A DNA stretch of 64,000 nt from a virus. Lineage: Duplodnaviria; Caudoviricetes. The position numbers and the translations under genes were made by a program. Position 1 is the first letter of the stretch, and every line of letters begins with the position of its first letter. Below, in pieces: positions 54,942 through 62,563 of the stretch. Below the pieces are notes generated by a model. The model saw only the letters and a list, made by a program, of their open reading frames with translations. It searched no databases and was not told where the DNA came from. Location of the stretch: positions 64,001 to 128,000 of IMG/VR virus record IMGVR_UViG_3300031998_000011; one strand, given 5' to 3'.

Positions 54942-55636
54942 AAGACTATGATGCGACACTCATGGAAGCGCTGCGTGTCAGCACTGTCAACAATGACATC
55001 TATGCAGCATCTATCATGGACTACGAGAAGAACATTCAGAAGTTCGTCTCTATCCTGGATAAGCTGGACAGCTTCATAAAGGCTCCGTGTGTTCTGGACG
55101 CGATCTACGCAGAGATGCGCGGCAGGCGTTACCAGATCGAACTTCAGATGCGTTCTATGCGAGACCAGCTCGCGAACGATTACGAGAACGGCAACATGAC
55201 GGATGAGAGCTATGCCGCCTGGACCAAGTGGCTGGACATCGTGCAGCGCGACTATCTGCACGTGGACCGTAAGAAATGCCGGTTCCAGCACGGAGACAGA
55301 TGTCTGGTGGCAGATGCGACCGGTGTAGTCAAGGCAACGATTGTCGGGCTCCCTGATGAGTTCGATGAGACGACCTACGTCGTGAAATACGACAGCAATC
55401 ATACCAAGAGCAACGATGTTATCGTCATCGAAGAGCGCATTGAAGACCGCAATCTGTTCCGGGAGACTGAAATGGAAGAGGCACTCGCTATGGCGCAGAA
55501 CCTGAATGCCGTGGAACTGAACATCAGCGAGTGCGCGGAGCGTGCAGCACAGAACAATCGCTTCTTCTACCAGGGGCGACAGCGTGCGCTGCAGAAGCAA
55601 CAGGAAACACTCAACAAATCGGAGAAACAACAATGA
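54938..55636 (+). CDS. Coiled-coil plus SH3-like module protein
   Basis: FQHGDRCLV...NLFRETEMEEA. Confidence 0.65.
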   Translation: MKDYDATLMEALRVSTVNNDIYAASIMDYEKNIQKFVSILDKLDSFIKAPCVLDAIYAEMRGRRYQIELQMRSMRDQLANDYENGNMTDESYAAWTKWLDIVQRDYLHVDRKKCRFQHGDRCLVADATGVVKATIVGLPDEFDETTYVVKYDSNHTKSNDVIVIEERIEDRNLFRETEMEEALAMAQNLNAVELNISECAERAAQNNRFFYQGRQRALQKQQETLNKSEKQQ

Positions 55637-55992
55637 ACGGAACTGACAAGTACGTCGTTTTCCCGCCTGAAAACAATTCCATGCCGTTCCAGTGCGGCGA
55701 GAAGGTCTGGTACGCCAGCCTTGTGCATGAGAGACCCATTCTGGTCGAGATCGTTGACATCGACGTGGACACCGATGAACCCGGCAACGCCTACCTGGTG
55801 TTCAAGCTGAACGACACGCAGGGCGCCTTCGTGGACCAGGACGTCACGGAGGACTGGCTGTGCCGGTCGAAAGACATGGCCTGGGGCATGCTCATCCAGC
55901 ATGAGCAGAAGAAGGTCGATGCGCTACGCGACGAGATCATGAAGATCGAGTGCAAGATGGCTGACTTCCGCAGACAGCAGGCGGAGATCTGA
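55633..55992 (+). CDS. SH3/KOW-like plus coiled-coil protein
   Basis: FQCGEKVWY...WLCRSKDMA. Confidence 0.65.
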   Translation: MNGTDKYVVFPPENNSMPFQCGEKVWYASLVHERPILVEIVDIDVDTDEPGNAYLVFKLNDTQGAFVDQDVTEDWLCRSKDMAWGMLIQHEQKKVDALRDEIMKIECKMADFRRQQAEI

Positions 55993-55993
55993 C

Positions 55994-56344
55994 ATGGGCA
56001 ACTTGAAACTCAAACCAGGTGATGTCGTCTGGGTCGTAGAGTCGAGTACTGACATCAGGCGGGCGACTGTCATCAAGCCCAGGAACGGCGAGCGCATGTA
56101 CGGGTTCGATTATCTGTTCCAGTTTGATGACAGTACGAACCCTGAACTGTACCCGAAAGAAGCCGACAACGTCTACAAGAGTCCGGCGAGGGCCTGGAAC
56201 TCTCTGATCCGTGCGGCAGATAAAAGAGTGCGCAGGGCTCGTGAGGAATGGGAGTCTGCCCGTGCCTTCCGGTACAGGCTGCAGTGCGCCAAGAAGGACG
56301 CGCTGGAAGCTGAAAGGAGGCGCACCCGTGAGCACCAGGCGTAA
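55994..56344 (+). CDS. SH3/KOW-like plus coiled-coil protein
   Basis: LKPGDVVWVV...NVYKSPARA. Confidence 0.65.
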   Translation: MGNLKLKPGDVVWVVESSTDIRRATVIKPRNGERMYGFDYLFQFDDSTNPELYPKEADNVYKSPARAWNSLIRAADKRVRRAREEWESARAFRYRLQCAKKDALEAERRRTREHQA

Positions 56345-56696
56345 ACCCCTGCAGGTCGGTCAGCACCTCTACAAGGCGGCGTATTGGAAGGTGGTCCACA
56401 TCGAAGTGGTCGCCTACCACAGCACCTGGCGTGGACGTTATTACGATGTCAAATACGACAATGGCTATGTTTCCACGTGGACCAAGATTGACAGGAACGT
56501 CTGGCTGGACAGCCCGGTGGATGCCTGGAAACAGCTGATCGAGGGACACGAGCGGTCGCTCCAGTGGTACAAAGAGTGCATCCGCGATATCCGGAAAGAC
56601 ATGCCCAAGTACAGGCGGGCGCTGGCCCGTGCCGAGCGCCTGCAGGCTGCCGGAAAGATCGTGCACGACATCAAGGAAAGGAAACCCAAGAAATGA
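56328..56696 (+). CDS. SH3/KOW-like plus coiled-coil protein
   Basis: AAGGAGG RBS with GTG start; LQVGQHLY...LDSPVDA. Confidence 0.6.
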   Translation: MSTRRKPLQVGQHLYKAAYWKVVHIEVVAYHSTWRGRYYDVKYDNGYVSTWTKIDRNVWLDSPVDAWKQLIEGHERSLQWYKECIRDIRKDMPKYRRALARAERLQAAGKIVHDIKERKPKK

Positions 56697-57349
56697 GCTA
56701 CGATTACTTACCTGATGTGCGGTCTCTCGAAGTGAGCGTTGCGATCTGTAGCGATCACTGGGACGGTCACAGTAAGCGCATCAATCCGATCATGCAGATG
56801 GACAAGTCGAAAGTCAAGGAGATACTCAATGCCGACACTCTGATGCTTAGCCAGGCTAATTTCATGCATGGCGGAAATGACTTCCACTGGCAGGATGAAC
56901 CACATACGTCCAGCAACGAAGTCCGTGTCAGCTTTACAACGAAAGCCAGAAACTGCATAATCCCGATCATGAACGTCATCAAGTTACAGCTGCTGTATAC
57001 AACGGACACCCGTCCCTGGGTGTACGGCGAAGTTCTGTGCAAATGGAACGGCTATAACATCGTCATGGGTGAGTATGGCATGCAGGATGGCGCCAAAGCG
57101 ATCAACGAGCGTGTTCTGAACATGAGCAATCTCGAACACATTATAGCGGATATCAAGCAGGATAACTACGAATGGATGGCCAGGCGTATTCTTCGTGACT
57201 GGAATTACCTGACTATTCGCCGTACATATCCGCTGACATTGGCTGGTGTTCAGGAAGAGCTGACGCATGTTTGTGAAAACTCGGAGATGTATGATATTCT
57301 GGTCGGTATCAGGACCATCATGGAGGACTTCCAGAAATGTCGGACATGA
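56693..57349 (+). CDS. Hypothetical protein
   Basis: Coupled ORF, 218 aa. Confidence 0.65.
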   Translation: MSYDYLPDVRSLEVSVAICSDHWDGHSKRINPIMQMDKSKVKEILNADTLMLSQANFMHGGNDFHWQDEPHTSSNEVRVSFTTKARNCIIPIMNVIKLQLLYTTDTRPWVYGEVLCKWNGYNIVMGEYGMQDGAKAINERVLNMSNLEHIIADIKQDNYEWMARRILRDWNYLTIRRTYPLTLAGVQEELTHVCENSEMYDILVGIRTIMEDFQKCRT

Positions 57350-57555
57350 CACTTGACTCATATCTGAGCAACCCGAACTACTCCGGACTCTCGGAGAAGG
57401 AAAAGCTGGTTCTTGTGTGTAACCGGCTGATCGACAAAATCATGCACGGCAAGTATGTCGGGCGTAACATGGACCACGAACGTGCGCTTCTGGACGAGGC
57501 GCACGAACGGATCCGCAAACTGGAGACGCAGGATGCAACCGGTAATCCAGCGTAA
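57337..57555 (+). CDS. Hypothetical protein
   Basis: GGAGG RBS. Confidence 0.55.
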   Translation: MSDMTLDSYLSNPNYSGLSEKEKLVLVCNRLIDKIMHGKYVGRNMDHERALLDEAHERIRKLETQDATGNPA

Positions 57556-57737
57556 TCTGCAGATCATGAGCGATGCTGTATTGAACTTCGCGAAACAAGT
57601 CAACGAAGGCATCGAAGTCATAAAGAACTGCAGGCATGCCGATATAGTCGGCATTCTGGACGATGAGATCACATATGTCATCAAATCGACATGTCCGTTC
57701 GAGCGTCTCAGAGAACAACTCAAGAAAGGAGTACACA

Positions 57738-58349
57738 ATGTCTCTCAAACCAGGTGACGAGCGGTGGCTCGTCGTCGAGTACTTCGACGGAGACGGCAAC
57801 GTTTATCCCGTGAAGATCACGTCGGATGCTTATGATGTGGACGGTACTGAGTATGGCATTCAGTCTTTACGCAGTGACGTCAGTCTGCGCGACACGGCGG
57901 TCGAGAGCGACCTCTACATCTCGGAGCTGGAAGCCTACCAGGCTCTTGTGTCGCGTATGGAGAACAATGCCGATAAATTTAAGCAGTGGCGTAAGGAGCT
58001 CCTGCGCGAGCACATTCCGGAGAAGCGTCTCAAGCTCGAACAGCTCAAGGCGCACAAGATGCAGCCGATGCCGAAGTTCCCGCGTGTTGGTGACACCGTG
58101 TATTTCATTCGGTGGAACATATGCAAGCAGGCAGAGGTCATCGACCTGTACTACCAGAACGACGTGCTGCGTGTCCGGCTTCGTGTTGGTGATCCTTACC
58201 ACAACACGGAACATGAAGATGCGGCTGACGTGTATCCCACTAAGCGCCAGTGCATTACAACGCTGATCAAGAAGCTGACGAAGTCTCACAAGGACTACAT
58301 CGACAACCTCAAGAAACAGCTGAAGGAAGACAAGAATGGAAACACCTGA
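57738..58349 (+). CDS. Protein with two SH3/KOW-like modules
   Basis: LKPGDERWLV...DLYISELEA and PRVGDTVYFI...DVYPTKRQC. Confidence 0.7.
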   Translation: MSLKPGDERWLVVEYFDGDGNVYPVKITSDAYDVDGTEYGIQSLRSDVSLRDTAVESDLYISELEAYQALVSRMENNADKFKQWRKELLREHIPEKRLKLEQLKAHKMQPMPKFPRVGDTVYFIRWNICKQAEVIDLYYQNDVLRVRLRVGDPYHNTEHEDAADVYPTKRQCITTLIKKLTKSHKDYIDNLKKQLKEDKNGNT

Positions 58350-58719
58350 AGTCAATGCCTACGGGAACCGTGAAGAGCACTGGGACGGCTACAAGATCGG
58401 CGATCATGCCTGGTTCGTTCCTGACTACATCGGTACGGTTGCGTTCGGCGTCGTGACCGAAGTGCGTCTGCAGCTGGCGCCCGGCGGTCATTGTGTCGTG
58501 CCGTATCAGTATGAGTTTACTTTCGATGATCCTGAAGTAGGCGAGCGTACGTGCAATGTGGAGGCCGGTCATGTCTTCGACACAGAGGTGGAAGCAGTTC
58601 GTTGCGCGGAAGCCCTGTGTTTCGCTGAAGAGCGCGACTACGCCAAGCTGGCACATGATCTGCACGAGACACGTGTTGAACTGTCAATCCGCAGGGAAGA
58701 ACTGGAGGAAGCGAAATGA
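58336..58719 (+). CDS. SH3/KOW-like plus coiled-coil protein
   Basis: YKIGDHAWFV...HVFDTEVEA. Confidence 0.65.
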   Translation: METPEVNAYGNREEHWDGYKIGDHAWFVPDYIGTVAFGVVTEVRLQLAPGGHCVVPYQYEFTFDDPEVGERTCNVEAGHVFDTEVEAVRCAEALCFAEERDYAKLAHDLHETRVELSIRREELEEAK

Positions 58720-58997
58720 GCGTTGTTATTCTCAGCGACGGTCGTTTGTTCGACGATCACAAGCAGTTGATGATTTCTTGTCCGAAGACACCAACTACCT
58801 ATTGCTGTGTGGATTGTGCTTTGTGCGCACTGGATACAGACAAACCGGAAGACAACAGGCTTGTGTTTCTGTGCGGTTGCCGCCCAGGGTTCAGGCTTCT
58901 GTCGGAGCCTTACAAACCGCCCGTCGATTTGCAGCGTGAACAGGGTATCATCCCGGACGACCAGAAAGGAGCCGACAATGAAGTTCCAGAAGGGTGA
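58716..58997 (+). CDS. Small Cys-rich protein
   Basis: CP...CCVDCALC; GGAGG RBS. Confidence 0.55.
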   Translation: MSVVILSDGRLFDDHKQLMISCPKTPTTYCCVDCALCALDTDKPEDNRLVFLCGCRPGFRLLSEPYKPPVDLQREQGIIPDDQKGADNEVPEG

Positions 58998-59277
58998 CAC
59001 CGTCTACTTCTGCGATATCGAGACACAGGAGGAAAACCAGTGTCTGGATTCAGATACTTATCCGATTGTCTGGTGCGGGCATATCGAAGACATCGACGAG
59101 CACGGCTACATCAGTGTGAAACTGGACAAGAACAGGCTCTCCAATGCGTCGGCCATCGAGGGTACTATTGAGGACCTTCTGTACAGAACACCGGAGGAGG
59201 CTGTGTGCGAGTTCTTGTCGGACATTCGGCAGAAGCTCGAAGAACAGATCAAGGAACTGAGAGGAGGCTCCAGATGA
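58978..59277 (+). CDS. SH3/KOW-like protein
   Basis: FQKGDTVYF...LLYRTPEEA. Confidence 0.7.
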   Translation: MKFQKGDTVYFCDIETQEENQCLDSDTYPIVWCGHIEDIDEHGYISVKLDKNRLSNASAIEGTIEDLLYRTPEEAVCEFLSDIRQKLEEQIKELRGGSR

Positions 59278-59693
59278 GTAACTATCTCGAACCGGGCCAG
59301 AAAGTCTGGTTCTGGTATCTGCGCTATAACAAGAACGACGTGCTTGAGATCACTGTGATGCATGGCACGGTGCTACAGTCCATCGAAAGCGTGTGGGGCA
59401 AGGATGCCTATGCTATCATTCCGGACGGTGCAGAGGACACAAGCCCGTGCAATGTAAATATCCTGCGTTCCCATATTGCTGAGACCAAGCAGGGCGTCTA
59501 CGAGAGCCTTGTACACGGCCTTGATGATTTGATCTGGGACCTGGAGAAGAACATGGATAGCAAGGTCGATGACCTGCGGGATCAGATCCGGAAGGTCAGC
59601 GCAAAGCTCAAGCAGGCAACTGCAGCCTATGCACACAATCGAGATCTGCTGGAAGGTCTCAGAAAGGAACAAAATGGCAACCAGGACAAGTAA
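59274..59693 (+). CDS. SH3/KOW-like plus coiled-coil protein
   Basis: LEPGQKVWFW...HIAETKQG. Confidence 0.65.
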   Translation: MSNYLEPGQKVWFWYLRYNKNDVLEITVMHGTVLQSIESVWGKDAYAIIPDGAEDTSPCNVNILRSHIAETKQGVYESLVHGLDDLIWDLEKNMDSKVDDLRDQIRKVSAKLKQATAAYAHNRDLLEGLRKEQNGNQDK

Positions 59694-60075
59694 GCCGAAG
59701 GAATCGGTTCCACGCTGGTACACTCTGATGAAGATTCACGAGAGACTGGCATCGTCTGAGAAACCAAAGATCAAGAAGGGCGATACCGTTTACTGGATCA
59801 ACACGGAGTGCGGCGACTGGTGGAACAAGCACTACGAGACCAATCCTGTACTGTTCCGTGGCACTGTTAAGACGAAACACAGGGACGGCATGGTGCTCGT
59901 TGTCTGGGAACCCAATGAGTGGACAGACGACGAGAACTGCAGCGAAATTCCCATGTCCCCAACGGATCTGTACAAGGATCCGATGAAGTGCATCCAGGAC
60001 TGGCTTCAGGAGAACCGTAAGGAGCTTGAAACACAGCTGCAGATCCTACAGGAGGCAGTCGATGAAAACAGTTAA
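59674..60075 (+). CDS. SH3/KOW-like protein
   Basis: IKKGDTVYWI...DLYKDPMKC. Confidence 0.65.
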   Translation: MATRTSKPKESVPRWYTLMKIHERLASSEKPKIKKGDTVYWINTECGDWWNKHYETNPVLFRGTVKTKHRDGMVLVVWEPNEWTDDENCSEIPMSPTDLYKDPMKCIQDWLQENRKELETQLQILQEAVDENS

Positions 60076-61285
60076 AGGTGCCTATGGCGAGGCACTTATC
60101 TACACAGATTTGGTGGACGACAAGAGCATTGACCAGGTCAAGCTCCTGATGGACCAGCCGTTCGTCAAGGGTCAGCAGGTTCGTATGATGCCAGATATCC
60201 ACGCGGGTGTCGGCTGTACGATAGGAACCACCATGACCGTAAACGACAAGATCTGTCCAAACCTCGTCGGAGTCGATATCGGGTGCGGGATGCTGGCCGC
60301 GAACATCGGCAAGGTCGATGTTGACTTCGATAAGTTCGACAAAGCGGTTCGCGCCCTGATTCCCAGCGGTATGAATATCCGCAGTTGGGTGTCACCGGAA
60401 ATGTTCAGGTACATGGAGATGCTGCGTATCGACACATCGCTATGGTGCAGTGACAGCATTGACGTGGATCGTGCCGAGCTGTCCATGGGAACGCTCGGAG
60501 GCGGCAACCACTTCATCGAGCTCAACCGTGCGCAGAGCAACGATGTTGTATGGATGGTCATACATACTGGCTCCCGGCACCTGGGTCTGGAGGTGGCGAA
60601 TTACTATCAGAAGCTCGCCATAAAGGAACTCAAGGGATGCAAGTGGTCCAGTTCGGCAATCATCGAAGAACTGAAGCGCCAGGGCAGGCAGCGCGAGATA
60701 CAGGCGACTCTGCAGAAGATGAAAGCGGAGGCGTGCAATATCCCAGATGCGCTGTGCTACCTGGAGCACGAGTCTTTCCAGCACTATATGCATGATATCG
60801 AGATTGTGCAGAACTATGCAGAGTTCAATCGCGATTGCATCATGTACACACTGTGCGCTGCAATGGGTTGGAAGCCGCGCTTCTCGTTCCATACCAAGCA
60901 CAATTACGTGAGCATATACAGACGCATGCTGCGTAAGGGAGCCGTGTCCGCTGAGTGGGGTGATACGCTTATCATCCCGATGAACATGCGAGATGGCAGC
61001 CTGTTGTGCGAAGGAAAGGGCAACCCGGACTGGAACTACTCGGCGCCGCATGGCGCAGGGCGTGTCATGTCCCGTGTCCAGGCCAGGAACAACATCGACT
61101 TGGGGGACTACGCCCGGACGATGGAGGACGCAGGTATCTGGACTTCTTCGGTCAATCTCGGTACGCTTGATGAAGCGCCACAGGCTTACAAGCCCATGGA
61201 GAGCATCGTCGAGAATATCCAGGATACTGTGAAGATTCTGGATGTCCTGAAACCGATCTACAACTTCAAAGCATCATCGGAGTGA
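60062..61285 (+). CDS. rtcB: RtcB family RNA 3'-phosphate/5'-OH ligase
   Basis: MPDIHAG, GVDIGCGM, GTLGGGNHFIE, HTGSR, HNY, RKGA, HGAGR, DEAPQAYK. Confidence 0.95.
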   Translation: MKTVKGAYGEALIYTDLVDDKSIDQVKLLMDQPFVKGQQVRMMPDIHAGVGCTIGTTMTVNDKICPNLVGVDIGCGMLAANIGKVDVDFDKFDKAVRALIPSGMNIRSWVSPEMFRYMEMLRIDTSLWCSDSIDVDRAELSMGTLGGGNHFIELNRAQSNDVVWMVIHTGSRHLGLEVANYYQKLAIKELKGCKWSSSAIIEELKRQGRQREIQATLQKMKAEACNIPDALCYLEHESFQHYMHDIEIVQNYAEFNRDCIMYTLCAAMGWKPRFSFHTKHNYVSIYRRMLRKGAVSAEWGDTLIIPMNMRDGSLLCEGKGNPDWNYSAPHGAGRVMSRVQARNNIDLGDYARTMEDAGIWTSSVNLGTLDEAPQAYKPMESIVENIQDTVKILDVLKPIYNFKASSE

Positions 61286-61291
61286 TGCATG

Positions 61292-61326
61292 GAAGTCCCT
61301 GGCCGGAAGGCCGGGGGCTTCTTTTT
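61292..61326. terminator. Terminator between convergent genes
   Basis: GAAGTCCCTGGCC-ggaa-GGCCGGGGGCTTC-TTTTT. Confidence 0.7.
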
Positions 61327-61606
61327 ACACTTTAGGTGGACCATACTTGATCAGGCGCTCGATGTCTTTCTTGTCGTAGAACCTGTTGACGTGGCTGATC
61401 TTTATTTCCCGGATCCATCCCTTGTTCACATACCGGCGCAACGTCGGCCGGCTGCATCCAAGCATCCGCAGAGCGGCCAGCGGCCGGATTGTCTCGCACT
61501 CTCTGATATCGAATACGACATCCAGGATCGCCTTGGATTCTGCTTTGGTCACTGTCTTGTCCCATGCGAGAACCCTGCAGATGACCCATTTGGTGATATT
61601 CTTCAT
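61325..61606 (-). CDS. MerR/excisionase-like HTH DNA-binding protein
   Basis: ALRMLGCSRPTLRRYVNKGWI...RFYDKKDIERL; AAGGAGG RBS. Confidence 0.8.
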   Translation of the reverse strand: MKNITKWVICRVLAWDKTVTKAESKAILDVVFDIRECETIRPLAALRMLGCSRPTLRRYVNKGWIREIKISHVNRFYDKKDIERLIKYGPPKV

Positions 61607-61626
61607 AGAGCACCTCCTTATAGTAA

Positions 61627-61816
61627 GGAAGAGCGGTCACACAATGGCGCAAGGCTTCGGGGAAGTTCCCATAGCTCTCACCCGGCAGCGGAAAACCATG
61701 CCTCTCCCACCAGCGATGTGCGTCTGCAGGGCCGGTCACTGGTCTTCCCAAGAATCCGGCTTCTCCAAACGGATTCAGCCCCAGGCCTGGATGCCTCCAA
61801 CTGGGGCTCTTTTGTT
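61627..61816 (+). ncRNA. Candidate structured ncRNA
   Basis: Begins at TATAGTAAG; ends in two hairpins with CTCC loops (61752-76, 61777-808) and a T tail. Confidence 0.35.
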
Positions 61817-61949
61817 ATTCCTCGTAGAACAAGCGGATCAGTTCCTGATAGAACTCGACGGTACCCTGCACATAAGTCTCAATCATAGGAGCCTCCTTGG
61901 TATCTGATGTACTGTAAGCAAGAAACACCATAACAAAGAGGACATTCCC

Positions 61950-62528
61950 ATGAAACATACCGACTTCTTCAACATGATAGTCCAGGAAAGCGGCGTCATC
62001 AAGACAGACGACGAAGGCAACAGCGTTTGCACATCCTGTCACGGTACAGGCAAGCATTACGAAGCATCTGTCCAGCATCATAAGAATTGCGCCTTCATGA
62101 AGGCTGTCAACCAGCTCACGAAACTGATGCCTGACAAAAATGAACTTCAAGTTGAAAATTCGATCACGGTCGGCATGATGCTCCCGTATCTGTCCGAGAT
62201 GTGCCCGGAGGAGATTGAGAAGGCGAAGGATCTGGCCGACTGCATGCAGGCTGCCGAGAACCCGGAGCAACGTGCTCATGTTGCAGACTTGGTCACGTCC
62301 TGGTGCCGGTCGGTGAAACAGGGAATCCTGGCCGCTGTCATCCAGAGCGGTCTGCCGGACAGCAAGGCACTTCTTACGTTCCGCAACTATCTGATCTTCG
62401 AGAAGAGCAACACCAACGAGTCTCTGCGAATCGCCTTGGCGCTGTTGTCGCTGAACAACAACATAGAGGCGCTCCTGCCGACGTTTTATAAGCTGCTGAC
62501 AGGCAAGTACCCGAATTACAAGCGCTGA
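61950..62528 (+). CDS. Hypothetical protein
   Basis: GAGG RBS; CTSC...HHKNC Zn-like motif. Confidence 0.7.
   Translation: MKHTDFFNMIVQESGVIKTDDEGNSVCTSCHGTGKHYEASVQHHKNCAFMKAVNQLTKLMPDKNELQVENSITVGMMLPYLSEMCPEEIEKAKDLADCMQAAENPEQRAHVADLVTSWCRSVKQGILAAVIQSGLPDSKALLTFRNYLIFEKSNTNESLRIALALLSLNNNIEALLPTFYKLLTGKYPNYKR
62137..62159. repeat. Dispersed pseudo-palindrome, copy 6 (inside CDS)
   Basis: AAAATGAACTTCAAGTTGAAAAT. Confidence 0.7.
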
Positions 62529-62563
62529 CGCTGGCACTTCTATAAGAATATAGGAGAACTCCA

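Noticed and set aside
53682-56015. Extra palindrome-like matches (TGAACTTCAACTGAAA near 53687; CAACTTGAAACTCAAA near 55999; also a partial one near 48760)
   Set aside because: Too many mismatches or an indel; not counted as copies without a statistical scan
61325-61606. Evidence of a prophage or excision module
   Set aside because: An excisionase-like HTH is present but there is no integrase, att site or flanking host DNA in the window
61627-61712. Canonical tRNA gene
   Set aside because: Acceptor-like pairing and a CCA end are present, but there is no TTCG T-loop or proper anticodon arm
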